From assembly GCF_964355755.1 (NCBI RefSeq), contig NC_092674.1, positions 26,536,001 to 26,600,000 of the forward strand: a DNA stretch of 64,000 nucleotides, read 5' to 3'. Below the pieces are notes generated by a model. That model made no database searches, was not told where the DNA came from, and was given only the letters and a program-made list of their open reading frames with translations. The translations under genes and the position numbers were made by a program. This stretch comes from Antedon mediterranea (taxonomy: Eukaryota > Animalia > Echinodermata). This document shows, one piece after another, positions 1-12,632 of the stretch. Each line of letters starts with the position of its first letter. Position 1 is the stretch's first letter.

Positions 1-1044
1 TGCAATAGGCAAGTTCTGTAATTATAGTATAATATGATCACGTATCACTGTATTACTGAATGTTATGGTTAAGGTTAAGGCCCATGATACAGGTGTCACA
101 TGTGATTCATATGTGACACTGTATTACAGAATTTGCCAATATTACTGGATACAGTACCGAGAATTTTCTAAATCCCTAGGAAGCATTGCAACAAACACGA
201 CAAACATTGTTCACATGTCAACAAAGTAATCAAATTATTTTACCAAAAAAAATCAATTTGCCATCTATCAAATAAAGAAAAGCATCTAACAAATAAAAGA
301 TGATTTATTTCTTGCCTTAAGAAAAGCAATCAACACTGTAGATCTGAATTTATAGTATAATATAACTGTAGCCACTTCATAAATTATGATATTTTTGTAA
401 TTTAATATCATCCTGGTTTGACATTCTAGCTCTTATAACTATATTTGATACATCTGCAAAAAAATGCCGAGCTACTGTGGCAGACTTTGCAACGGAAATT
501 TGTTTATTTTATTTTTCCATAATATTATATACAAAGTTCAAGATGTACAGTTACGTTATAGTTATGATATTTCTTATGAGCGTGGTCAAGCGTTGATATA
601 AATGAAAAGCGTGCAATAATTATGACAATTTTATAATTTTTACTAAATTTGGCCAGAAGGTATGAAGGTGTGTGTGGTCGGTTATGGCATTCGTGACTTT
701 TAAACTCCGGTATATCATCACTACAGTCGTTACTTTAATGCCTTAAGCTTTGGTCTCAATTCTTAGCAAAAATATTTATCTTCTCTAAAGGAAAGTCTTG
801 ATTATAAGTCATTTCTGACCTAAATATTCTGTTATAATTTCTGGGGAATAGTTCTTAAGGCATTAAATGGCTCTGCACAGATGTCAGAAGTATCTTGGTT
901 TCTCAATTTTAAAAACTTCGGAGAATACTAACTAGGTAATATTGTTTATACCACATGATTGGTAAGTTAAATTTTATTATATTGAAGTATATTATTATTA
1001 TTATAAATATTGTTGTTCTTTTTGTTTGTTTAAGTTTCTTACGC

Positions 1045-1245
1045 ATCCAACTGAGAAAACTCACAGGATGGATAAACTCTTTTATAATGTATCGTGCTTA
1101 CAAACTAAGTCTCATTTGAGGCTTAGGGAGTGGAGTTGAAATAGTTGTACATAGTTATAAGCCTGGCACTAGGTCAGGATGGAACCATGGAACTAGGTTA
1201 AGATTGAACCCTGGACCTTGGGATTGGAAGGCAAGCATGCAGATT
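1045..1245 (-). mobile_element. Degenerate tRNA-derived SINE remnant
   Basis: GATTGAACCCTGGACCTTGGGATTGGAAGGCAAGC (1202-1236) is the reverse complement of a tRNA-like B-box/anticodon-arm head. A related segment (GGGGTGGAGTTAAT...TGCCTAGCAC) recurs near 41215-41250. Boundaries approximate. Confidence 0.4.
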
Positions 1246-1319
1246 GGTACATGGTTTTAGTACAATACTAAAATATTTGGGATTTTTAAGCGAGTATTGT
1301 TGAAGACTCCTATCACTAA

Positions 1320-2220
1320 GGGTATGTTCAGACTCACGGAGTTACGGTGGAGTTATCTACGCAAGGCGTACGGTAATCCGTGGCGTTAAAAGTCAAGGTG
1401 TTCAGACACAACGATTAGCATTCCAAACGTCTTGCGTTTAAAGCGGAAGTTCCGTCATACCGAAACGGCCGATGGGATACATACACACAATAAAACAACA
1501 ACAGAGCTGAGAGTGACACGCGCGAAAGTTTACAACACTAGCTAGGCCTAGCAATATAAAATACAATGTTACCTTCAAATGTAATGGTTTTTTTTGCCAA
1601 TTTTTTTGCAAATCCTTACAGAATCATCGAACATAATTATTACACGGACAATGACTTTGCCATTATTTGTATGATTTTAATTAATTTTGTGAAATCATGT
1701 CGCCGACGCCAACTTCGTCAGGAAGAATTTTGCAGTTTAGATGCAATTTCTTTAAAAACAGCCATCTTGTTGCCGGCGCTAGCTTTCCAATTTCTAATTT
1801 CTATCTTGTCTATAAATTCAGGGCTGCCCCATAATGAAATCAAATCAGCCACTTCTGTACTTTTCCATGTAACACGTTTCATTTTAATTCGAATGTTGCT
1901 GTTGATCTAGGCTAGCTCGAGGAATAGGCTATATCAAAGAACTTCTTTGGCTATATTGTTTTGCTATTAAAAAAAACCTCGCGAATAGACTGCTGCTAAT
2001 TGCGGTCGTGTCTTTTCATTGGCTGACGTTGACCGGAGGTTGAAATCACTGATGCATCAATGGATTAGCCTTATGAAATCTACCCTCTCCCGCTGGAGTT
2101 ATTAACGCCACTGGCGCGGAGTAACAGCTCCCTAACGCTAATCCGCGGCATGGTTCAGACACAAAAATTTGTACGCCGCGTACATAACTCCACCGTAACT
2201 CCGTGAGTCTGAACATACCC
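1320..2220. mobile_element. Non-autonomous PIF/Harbinger-type DNA transposon (901 bp MITE)
   Basis: Perfect 37-bp terminal inverted repeat GGGTATGTTCAGACTCACGGAGTTACGGTGGAGTTAT. TAA flanks both ends (1317-1319, 2221-2223), the TWA TSD typical of PIF/Harbinger. No transposase ORF. Confidence 0.9.
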
Positions 2221-2264
2221 TAAAGTAGATGTTGTTGCATGTCATGATCATATGCCTCTTTTAG

Positions 2265-2380
2265 GGTTACGCCATACTGCGTTGAAACACTGGTTCTCGG
2301 CAGATCACCGAAGTTAAGTAACGTTGGGCCCGGTTGCGTTCTGGATGGGAGACCGTCTAGAAATAGCGACGGGTGCTGTA
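2265..2380 (+). pseudogene. 5S rRNA-derived sequence (pseudogene or SINE head)
   Basis: Colinear with metazoan 5S rRNA over nearly its full length: GCCATACTGCGTTGAAACACTGGTTCTCGGCAGATCACCGAAGTTAAG...TGGATGGGAGACCG...CGGGTGCTGTA, with box A- and box C-like parts. It has several substitutions/indels and no oligo-T terminator, and runs straight into a SINE body. Confidence 0.85.
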
Positions 2381-2640
2381 TATACACCAGAGAGTTGTGT
2401 AATGGTACTATCGGACTAGCATGTGATAGGTGTGGTTTCGAAGTTATCTGTACCATACTAATTGCATCCTTAGGCAAGATGCTTTACTCTCATTGCCTCG
2501 TCCTGCGTTGGTCTTGTGTACTTAACAGTGCACGTTAAAGAACTTGGTACACTATTCGAAAAGAGTAGGGGATTGTCTCCCGGTGTGCTGATCTGGTAAG
2601 CGCTGCACTGCTTGCTGTCGTGGGTCCATGGAGGGCCTAT
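2265..2640 (+). mobile_element. SINE with 5S-like head, tRNA-like segment and Deu-like conserved core
   Basis: After the 5S part comes a tRNA-like segment (GGACTAGCATGTGATAGGTGTGGTTTCGAAG), then CACGTTAAAGAACTTGGTACACTATTCGAAAAGAGTAGGGGATTGTCTCCCGGTGTGCTG, which resembles the DeuSINE core as recalled. Related copies at 3954-4180 (-), 27160-27340 (+) and 29189-29472 (-). Confidence 0.7.
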
Positions 2641-3953
2641 ACCGTCCAAAATAATACATTTTTAATGTCATACAGCCAATATGCCTGTGTATACTAAAGT
2701 GCAAGATTGATGATATAGTTCTAGTATAGCTAACCAGCCTAGTGGGAAAAAATGCTCTCAACCACCAGTACTTGTCAAAACATTTAATCCTATTATTGGA
2801 AGATCCTTAAATCTGCTACAACGTTAATCTGTTTTCATAATTAATTTTTCTAACAATTAGATTCTACTTCCTATAAATTTGATACTTTTATCTTCAAAGC
2901 TATTGTTGTTATTTGAAGGGTTGGATTAGAGATAGAAATAGTTTTACCTTGTACTTGGTGTGTGGTTTTGGTAATTTTAAACATGAAGATCATTTCTATT
3001 GTGTCCCTGTTGTCAATGCTGTCAAAATAAGTGGATGATGTCTTGTTAAAAGATTGTTTAAATTGAATAATGAGACATTGAAGGTCTTCTATGCATTGAT
3101 TATTTAAGCTGGTATTAACTAGATTAATTATTTATAACGGTTTTAGATATAATGCTGCTCATTTTATAGCACATATGGTAACTCAAAAAATGACAAGTCG
3201 TGAGAGAATGGCCATGATTAATTCTATGTTTCGTCCTTTTCTATAATTTGTTAATAATAGTCAAAATGTAGCGTCAATTATTGCCTTATGGATGTCATTT
3301 TTCGGCGTTGCTATATTGCATTTTAAATCACAGGATCTTCATAAAGCTTGACAGAAAGAACATTCATGTAAACATGTACTAAACATATTTGACAATATGC
3401 AGCACAAATGTTGTATGTAAATTCAGTGTAACATATTTTATTAATGAATTGCTTATTGACCAAAAATTGGATTTGAAAAACTGTAATTTAAAGTAAAAAT
3501 TTGCTTGGGATTTTAGTTGAATTTAATCATTTATTTTGTCTTTTTATAAGTGAACACATTTTGGGAACATTTTTTTTCTGTAGAAATGTTTAACCTTAAT
3601 TAAACTACAAAATAACCAATTCAAATTAATCTTCATTTTTCATGGGGTTTTTTTGTGGACAATACATCTTTAAAGCTTAGTTACTTCTGTATGATGAAAT
3701 AAAAATCTTCATTTTTAAATTATCAATTAAATGGGAATTGTTGTATTAGAAATATTTAATCTGTTTGCTGCCCTCTATTTTCAATATGACAAGGGCCTTC
3801 ATTATTTTGTACATAATTAGTATAATAATATATAATAACAGCACAGTCCTATGTACAATATCACCATACATTTATTTTTAGCATCAGTTTATTCATAGAT
3901 GTTTCTATGTTTCTTGATTTTATCCCTGTTATAAACTGTAAATGTATTATATT

Positions 3954-4180
3954 AGGCCCTGTACGGGTCCATGACAGCCATAGTGCAGCATATTCCATAT
4001 CGGCAAACTGGGAGATTGTCAAGTAGTGTACCTAGCTCTTTATCAAGCATATGTGTGCAAAAGACCAGCAGGTTTACCTCCCATTCGAAGAACGAGACAA
4101 TAAGAGTAAAGCATTAACTATAGGATACTAACAATGGCACAGTAAAGACTTGTGCCTCTCACATACTAGTCCGATGGCCT
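3954..4180 (-). mobile_element. SINE copy (same family as the body at 2385-2640); 5' head abuts a MITE
   Basis: Reverse-complement matches: AGGCCC...CCATGACAGCCATAGTGCAGC, GAGACAATAAGAGTAAAGCAT, CACATACTAGTCCGAT. Confidence 0.7.
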
Positions 4181-4182
4181 TA

Positions 4183-4273
4183 AGCTCTGTCTACACTATC
4201 AAACTAGTTTGACAAAAAAAGTCTATGTGCCCAAATATTGTAGTGATATGCCCAAATAGTGATATGACATCGT
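4183..4273. mobile_element. ~165-bp MITE family copy (truncated)
   Basis: TIR AGCTCTGTCTACACTATCAAACT preceded by TTA, followed by the internal 21-bp repeat. The other end is missing. Confidence 0.85.
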
Positions 4274-4824
4274 CGATTACACAGTGTGTTCTTATAACAT
4301 AAAGTGAATGCGAAGTATTATTCCTTTAGTATTAAGATGATGCATTCCATCCATACTTGCCATGAATAGAGGTAAATTCTAGCAAACTAGCACCGTAATG
4401 GCGTGCAGTACTTGCCCACAGCTCTGGGCGGTCTTTCCATTATTTACCCTCCCATTGTGTGCGGTTATTGACTTGTATTTAAGTCCTTTATTTGCCACCG
4501 ATTGATAATCAAGCGTACTAAGTGTTTAGATTGTGATTATGTTTTTGTTTTGGATTCGCACCTTTGTATTGGACATTGCGTGCACAGGTTTTAGTTAAGA
4601 CGATTGTGGTACGATTGAAATCGTGCCAAATATTTTGGCATATTTTCAACTGACATTTTTTTGACAAAAAATTGTGAAATCATTGTAGCAATATACTACT
4701 AGTGGTAAAGCTTTACATTCAACTACCCATGTTCGAAGTCCATGAAACCCAAAAAACTTGCCCAAAAGAAATTTATTTTGTAAGAAGATCTCGAATTATA
4801 TCCAAATTATTTCCTTCTATTTAA

Positions 4825-5445
4825 AGACACCTTCCCTACGTTTTTTAGATCTATTTTAAGATCACAAACTATATTTAATCTAAAAATAATACTATATGGT
4901 CCTATTGCGATAACTTTTTTTGTCTTTAAATGGTTAAAAATGTGAAAAATAGGTCGATTCTAATAATTATAGCGGCCCACTATAAATCCCAAAATGCATT
5001 GCGCGCGGATTGATATTTCTGTTTTTCTTCTGTAATTCACCCACTTTTCGATCGATCGTGAGGCCAAAACAAATGGAAGACTCCTAACTTTTCAGCGAAA
5101 ATACCGGGTTTTCCCCAATTTGTATCAACGAAGTCTGGCAAAAATAGAAAGACAATTAATGCAACAACTACTTCAGGCTAGGTATATAGTTATTGTACGA
5201 TGTTCATACGTTACCGATGTTTACCAACTAGGCCTACAAAACTAAGCTTAGCTAGGCTAGGCCTAAAGACCGTCCACGAGAGGTAAGTTGCCGCGAGCTA
5301 CCTAGGTAGTGCATTGTTTCTCACTTTTTATCATAATTTACCATAAAACATACATTTAAGACAAGGAATGACCTGGTTTAATGTTTTTAAAGTAATATAT
5401 ATGTATTATTTTTACAAAACGTCACAAATTGTAGGGAAGGTGTCT
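4825..5445. mobile_element. Non-autonomous DNA transposon with TTAA TSD, Kolobok-like (621 bp)
   Basis: Perfect 15-bp TIR AGACACCTTCCCTAC / GTAGGGAAGGTGTCT with TTAA on both sides (4821-4824, 5446-5449). The purine-purine start fits Kolobok rather than piggyBac (CC start). Confidence 0.8.
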
Positions 5446-6766
5446 TTAAATGCATTCTGAAAACCATACATTCTAAAGCCTTGTTCACACTAGACTTGAA
5501 AAATTGTAAATTGAATCATAGTAAATTTACTCAAGGTCAATAGTCAATTTGACCTTTGTTTGCACCAAAAATCACATCCACACAATATAAATTTTTAGCA
5601 AATGCTGAATTGTGTATTTGTCCAAAAGTGTCCAACTTAACAAGACCGCCAGTGAACAAAAATGCCATTTCATAAAAGGTCAATAAAATCATTATGTTGT
5701 TGAAATGTAATTGTCTTGTCTCCTCCTACGTATTTCATTAAATATAGAATAGGGCTATTTTTAAAACGTTAAGTACTTTACACTACAGTTTTTACCTAGT
5801 ATATTTGCATACATATTTGGTATAAATTGTTAATGAGAATGATGTATTTCCCTCCTGTCACAAATGAGTTTTTGTCATCACAAATTAATATGCCATGTTA
5901 CCTTCTACCCACTTAATTGTTTGGAAAATAAACCTTGGTTTATGGATCTTTTATATACAATTATCTTCTTAAAAGGAAGTAATAGAAATCTGAGTTTCCA
6001 CCATTCCACAAAAGTCCAGTATATTTTTCCAATGGAATAGAACTACAAGGCAATCTGTTCTGGCAAATTAAGCAAGAAAAACATACAGTACACGTTAGCA
6101 GATTAGGTGGTTGCAGATTGAATTCTGTGTAGGATGATTACTCTTTTGTGATTACCACGGGAGTGTTTCAGCTGTATAGGGCCTAAAGGCATGCCTTTTT
6201 TGATCTGTGACTAAATTGTTTAATATTGTCATTGTATGGATTAATTGGTAGTGCATCAGCAAGGATACTTAGCACAGACACGCTGGTTGTTCTCTGCCAG
6301 ACAACTTTTAGTGGAATTATTAAGATATGCTAATTTCTTTTGGTAAGCCTAAGGTTCTGTATGTGTGTGGAATTGATTAATCAAGTTGAGTAACATTTGC
6401 CATTTTCAGAAGGATGGATGAAGAAAAATTTGAATATGGTAAGGATATTCTTAATTGTATAGCAATTGTTTCTATTTGATAATAAATGTACTTGGAAAAT
6501 GTGTAACAAAAGCACTATATAACATTAAATTTGTTTAGTCTATTTCGTTCCTAGAATACCTGGATAAACCAACATTAGCCATTATCTTTAAAGTGAGAGA
6601 ACAATGCAAAAATAAATGATGATGGTGGTGGTACTTTGAGATTTTTTTCAATGGGGATATGGTTCTAAAAGTATAAGTTTAAATGGTGAATACGGTTACA
6701 AAAACATAGTATGTGTCTTCCATGTGACAACTTGATATCATGTCTTTGAATTGAATACAAAAGTTA

Positions 6767-6876
6767 AGCTCTGTCTACACTATCAAACTTTATGTGAAAA
6801 AAAATGTGATGTGTCCATATATGGACATGATGATGTCATATCACCACCATATTTAGGCATATCACTACCATATTTG
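6767..6876. mobile_element. ~165-bp MITE family copy (one end missing)
   Basis: TTA + AGCTCTGTCTACACTATCAAACTTTATGTG and two CATATCACTACCATATTT-type units. Confidence 0.85.
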
Positions 6877-8582
6877 ATGTGATGTGCATTGGCTGCCTGC
6901 GTAGTATGATAGATTTGTTTCTGGTACTTTGCTAATGGCAGCTGCAGTTTTATCCAGAGGTGTTGAAGTGGAATGAATCGGTGTAAATGTGCTTTTTTCT
7001 TGTCTTTTCCTCTTCCGGATTATTCACAGATTTCAGGTGGAATAAGCATGTCTATTGATTAATACATTCCTGTGTTTATGATTCCGAGTGTTAATTAATT
7101 CAGAAGAGTTGTTTTAATTGATAAGATAATTGTCGACTTAGATTTTCAACTTACTGGGAATCCCACCTTTGGAGCATCCCTTTTAATTAGCAGGGCCTTA
7201 GCCACCAGTATTAGCCACCAGTATGGTTGGTAAGGTTTCAACCTGACCACATTTTCACAGAGGTCTTTGACAACCCATTGGGAACAGAGCTTCTTCCCTT
7301 TCCTTGTGATAACCGCACCACTTTATTTCTTGTAGCTATACATCACTAATTAGACCCCTAATGTTATAGGTACATTTTACCGAGAAACGAACAAGGGGCA
7401 TATGATTTATCACTAACTAAATTGCAATCAATATTGAGAGGACACCAATATTGAGATGACATAGCTGAAATGTCTCTTTACTGTACCAGTAAGACCTGTC
7501 CTGTTTCCATACATTTTAATAGAATTTTACAAATAAAAAAAAACACCCTATTGATTTCCTCACTCCATTTTTTTAGTTGATTAAACCAAGTTCTTTATCT
7601 GTTATTTTTATCAGCATTCGCAAATAGATAAATACAAAATTCCGAAAATATCTACGTACCCTGTTTATTTTAGACAGTTCCCCAAAAACTTTTATTTTAT
7701 TTGGCCATTGATTAAACTAAACACGGAGTCTTGCTGGCAAAGTCTACAATATATTAATACACCTATTCATGTTAGTGAAAACAAATTTGCATTGGTTGGA
7801 TGGTTTTCATACAAGTGTAAAATCTCCCACATTTTAGTATCTGTTTTTGTGTGGGATACACCAATATTCACCACTGTGGGATTACAGAAGCTCAGATGAT
7901 ACTATTGAAATCGGAGCAAGGACATACAGTCGCATCAACGATTTATTTTGGTGAAATATTTTTGTGAGGTAGAGTTTAGTCATTTAATTGTCATCTAAAC
8001 ACAGTGATGAAAGAGAGTTTAAATTGATTGTCGAGGAATAGTTTTAAATACCAGAGTTTTAATCAGTAGCCAATTTGTTACCAGCAGAAGAAGAGTACAA
8101 CACATGAGAAAGGAGTCTGACATTACTACAGAATAGTTCATATATGACCAATTGAAGATTCAATATTAAAACTGGTGTATTAAAAATAAAAAACAGTTTT
8201 AGATTTATACCAGTTGTCATCTGGAAACCCAGTTCTTAAAATCAGTGGACTTGAAGTAGGATCTGTACCTGAGAAGGATCAAGAAGTTGACTATATTGAG
8301 GGCCCATTGAAAGACCTTTCAAGTCAGTGTGTACTGGCCTAACGTCTACATTGCTTATAGTGTGTGGGCTTGCATAGTTTTTGGTAATCTGAAGCATTGA
8401 ATAGTCCCTAGGGATGCATTTCACTGCTTGAACATTTACACTAGGCCTAAACAGTTAAACATGCATAGTTAGTAGGATCTTATAACTGGAGCTTGCTAGC
8501 TGGCTGAATTTTTTTTGCAAAAGAGCATGGACTATGCTGCTATGTGGGCCTAGGCTCTTGTTGTTTCTTTTGTTACCTGAGC

Positions 8583-8646
8583 ATGGCCTATTCTGATGCT
8601 CATAAACAGGAGAATTTACCAAAGGAAGTATATGGATTAGATGAAG
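8583..8646 (+). CDS. Candidate alternative first coding exon of the DLC1-like gene (MAYSDAHKQENLPKEVYGLDE)
   Basis: ATG in good context (AGCATGG), 21 open codons plus G, strong donor AAG|GTGAGT. Phase 1 matches the acceptor exon at 25414. No homology support. Confidence 0.4.
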
Positions 8647-10095
8647 GTGAGTTTATATTGTAAACTATTCTATTCTATTTATATTAGTATTGTGTATCTA
8701 GTGTTTATATAACAATTGTGTATGCAGGGTGGGTACTTGGTTCAATCCCCCTTTTCCAGAAGTACCCCTTTCAAACTAGAAACCAGTTGTAAAGGAGCTA
8801 GTAAAGACTTGCATATGACAATCCTTAGACTCGCAATGATAATCATGTGACTCTGTCACTGGAACTGTAATCTACTGTAACTACTACTACTGTAGTAAGA
8901 CCAATACAAGTCCACTACTACAGTACTAGTGCATATAGTGCTTGTTAGGCTCGCAATTTCTCTTTTTTGCAGCTTATAATTAAATTCCTTGCTACATCGG
9001 GCAAGAAGTAATCTTTTTATGTAAAGTCTTTCACTACACAACAGCATTTCATTGCTTGTTAGTAGTTTTGTGTACTACCTTTTTGGTATAAACCATCACA
9101 CACAAAATAGGTTGAATTTAAATATGCAAGGATTCTTTGATTTTTTCCGATTGCCAAATTGGTGAGGCCGGTCACTGTATACCAATCTTGTTGCATGAGA
9201 AGTTGAACATGGCTACAGGCTAGGAATAGGCTTGGCAGTAGAAGTTCATTTTATTTTAAAACCCGAATGTAGATGCAGTCGTAAATGTCAACACCTTCTG
9301 GTACTTAACCCATACCTTCCCTCCTCAAAAAGTTACTAAATTATTATATAAAACACATGTTTATTTATTCCAAGGTGATGTTACTTTACACCTGACGTGT
9401 TACTGCTCCAATGGAAATCACCATGGCAACACAGGTGATAATGTCAATCACTCGACATGACCTCACTCAAAAGATGTTTTATTTTTAAGTATCTTTGTTG
9501 AATTTTTGGTTAAACATGTTGTGAACTACAATGATAATGGTAATGCAATGATTGACTTGTAATGTAATGCATTGTACAATGATTCTGTACAACATCTCCT
9601 AAATTGGTCATTTTACTACTGTACATTGCCAGTCTCCAAAATTGGTCAGACACGCCCACAATTAAGGGTCTCTTCTAAAGTTCCATTCACATGCATGGGT
9701 GGGTGGGAACTCACTTGCTATGTGTAAGTTCATAAAGAAATAGTGAGTTGGATTTAAAATTCAAATTCAAGTTCTATTTACAATGACCATGTTGAACCTC
9801 GAAAAGAACAATAAGAATACTGACTGTAAAAAACCTAAATAAAGAAGTAGGCTTTCTAGAAATACAGTACAGTAGTAGAGCTGTTCTACTTGTTAATTGT
9901 AGTTGGCTTATAAAGGATTGCCAAAATTTGTTTTGCTATTGATCAGAGGGAAACCCCATTTAAAATGTTTTAGAAGTTTGTATTGTTTCTTATGAATTGA
10001 AATAAAATCCAAGTAAACTGCAGGCAAAGAAATAACCAGGATGTTGATACAACAATTAGTCAAACAATTTCAAGTTATTTTGCATTTTCTGTTTA

Positions 10096-10272
10096 TCATC
10101 ATCATCATCACAGGTCGTGTCATCCACCACTGGATGTAAATCCTCAAGCATTTTCTATTTCCTCTTCTCTGAAGCTATTGACCAGTTAAAAGTTGTCTAA
10201 TATCTCTCTTTGTCATCTATTAACCTTCTTGTTTATCTTCCCCATCTTCTTCCAGTTGTTGGTTGCCTAACA
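10096..10272 (-). mobile_element. RTE-clade LINE 3' end remnant
   Basis: The minus strand reads GGCAACCAACAACTGGAAGAAGA...TACATCCAGTGGTGGATG followed by a (TGA)n tail. It resembles the C-terminal WQPxxGxR...YIQxW region and microsatellite tail of RTE elements, with stops and frameshifts. Confidence 0.6.
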
Positions 10273-11539
10273 AGTTAAAATGGTTTTAAAAATTAGAAGT
10301 ATTTTTAAAACACTATATTAAACCAGTATTTTAATTTTCAATATTACAATCTGCTAATTCAGACCATACAAATTAACATGTTTCGCAACAATTCAGTTAT
10401 TATCGATTCTACATACATATTCCTCATATCTCTTCATTTCCATGGACTAATGACTTTAAAAACAAAATAATTATTGTCTATATGGCCATGGCATTCCGAC
10501 AAAAAGCAATATGACTTTTAAAAAGACAAAAACTAATATATCGTATACAATTTTATTCAGTGTACCGTAACAGAAGTTTGTGAATAAACTTTAGGGTGTT
10601 TTATTTGTTTAACTTCATGCTGGTACAATTATGGGTTTACAATTGAATTAACGCCAATAGCTGTAAGGGAAACTGGAGTAGCAACAGATTTTCATTTTGT
10701 GTTTATTTCTGGTTAATTCTCAACAGTTAAGTACAGTACCGCAGAAATGGTTTTAATAATGAATTTGTTAGATAATTACTAAACTGACCCATAATGTTTC
10801 GATCGTTATATTATTATGTAATATGGTCCCATATACAGTTAACCTAAATAGTATTATAATCTATTAAGTTCCATGATAGTCCAATTTAAGAAATTGCCAT
10901 TATTCACATGATAATTATACAGGTGAATAGTATAACAGTTGCATAATGTAAATCGTATTCTTTGAAATAGCTATGACTTATGTTTCATTGATTTATTTCA
11001 ATTTTAACAACCAAATTTAGAATCATTTATGCTGTTTTAAGCTATTGAACTCTAGATTGCATTCCTTTGAATGGAAAAAATATTTGAGGTGAGGTGAAGT
11101 TATGAAGAATGGTATATCAGGGGATTTACTTAACACCTTGCATAGGTAAAAATCTTGTGAGAACGGTGGAATGTTAAGCTTTGAAATTACATAAATCTTA
11201 ATCATTTTTATGCTGAAAAAATGTATTGGTAAAGAAATAATTTAAGTTAGGTTTTTTTTTATAGCAAAATACAGATATTTTATTTATTTAAGGCTTCCCT
11301 ATATAGTATTAAGACATAACACATCAAATGGTATGTAATCCCCCCATTTAGAGATGCGTCCCTCAGGTGCACCAAGAACTTTATATTTGCCCTCCATTTG
11401 AACTGTAAAGTTAGGTGTACAAATGAACTGGATATTTAAGCAAGAAAAGATGTGTAGTAGTTTTTAAAGGAATAACTGTTACAATCTAGTTAGGCCAGTG
11501 TCTTCGTCTACTGCAAAGAACTTGTACCTAATGGGAATT

Positions 11540-11790
11540 ATGTTAAACTTTGGACTACTGAGTCGAATGCATTGCTTGTATCCTTGGACAAGACACTTTA
11601 CTTGCGTTTTGCCTCTTTCCACCCAAGTGTCCTGTACAAATGTGTGCCTGGTAAGGTCAAGACACAACTTCATTATGGGAGTATATGTTTCCACACGTCT
11701 TTGATCCAAAAATGACTGGGTAATAATATATACAGCGCTTAGAGGTTTCACAACATTAGGTGCTTCATAAATCTAGGATATTATTTAATT
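11540..11790 (+). mobile_element. Degenerate SINE (CORE-like body, L2-like tail)
   Basis: GTATCCTTGGACAAGACACTTTAC...GCCTCTTTCCACCCAAGTG core-like motif, and tail AGCGCTTAGAGG...GCTTCATAAAT...TATTATT. Confidence 0.55.
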
Positions 11791-12464
11791 GACGATTATA
11801 AAAGTAGTAGTCCATGGATTTTGTTGCTGTATTGTATGATGTCTTACGGCCTTGTGGAAGAACACCATTGAGGTGAACAAGTACCGTGATTAAATAAAGT
11901 TATTTATATTGAAGCAATGCAAAAAAAAGATGCTTTTTTAAAGATATATAAATTTTATGATTATCTGTAATATAAAGACACAGTTTCTTTTATTGTATGT
12001 TGGACTTTCAGACTTTACATATCACTCATTTCCCCACTGTACGATTCATTGACATTAGTTTACAATATTATTGTATTTTGACTTTTGACCTATTGTAGAT
12101 GTGACCTCAAATAGGTGCTGAAATTCAACACTATCTAGTTATGTACTCTGTGATAAAATTATTGTGTTTTAATCAATTTTTCATAATTGTTTTGACAAGT
12201 TAATTTGCCTGTAATGAATTCCCATTGTTTTCTTCAGAAAGACCTGTTGGTCAGAAATTTCAAAGAATGGCTGCGCCATCTAAATTTAGCTCTGTACACG
12301 TACGCATGCGGTCAGTATTGCGTCTTAATTTACTGTCAAAAGTTACACTTTCACTGTTTTGTAATTAAAACTACACTTATAATAGATGTTCCACCTTGTG
12401 TTCTGCCATTGTAGGAGTTATGGTTGCTGAAGTGTAAATGGCCACAGTTTTCGGACTTTTGTTA

Positions 12465-12632
12465 TAGTGTAACTTCTGTTATGGGACACCTTCAGGATCC
12501 AACAGAATAGATGTGTCTCCTGAATAAGGGTGTGCCCTGATTAGATGTGTGCCCTGAATAGGTGTGTGTCCTGACTGAATAGGTGTGTCCCTTGAATAGT
12601 GTGTTTCCTGAATAGATGTGTCACCTAAATAT
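12465..12632. repeat. Degenerate ~18-bp tandem repeat inside a Tc1/mariner-like MITE end
   Basis: GGGACACC followed by about 7 units of GTGTGTCCYCTGAATAG(G/A). Confidence 0.65.

Noticed and set aside
8-138. Imperfect inverted repeat (GGCAAGTTCTGTAAT / ATTACAGAATTTGCC) around GGTTAAGGTTAAGG
   Set aside because: Probably a small MITE, but it sits at the window edge with no verifiable TSD or second copy.
1566-1910. 114-aa ORF
   Set aside because: Lies inside a TIR-bounded MITE and has no recognisable domain or transposase motif.
2265-2380. Functional 5S rRNA gene
   Set aside because: Single copy with substitutions and indels, no T-run terminator, and fused to a SINE body.
6880-7330. Possible LINE ORF1 esterase remnant on the minus strand (HIYTDSFHFNTSG)
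   Set aside because: Only one weak DxxHxN-like motif amid stops; not supportable without a profile search.
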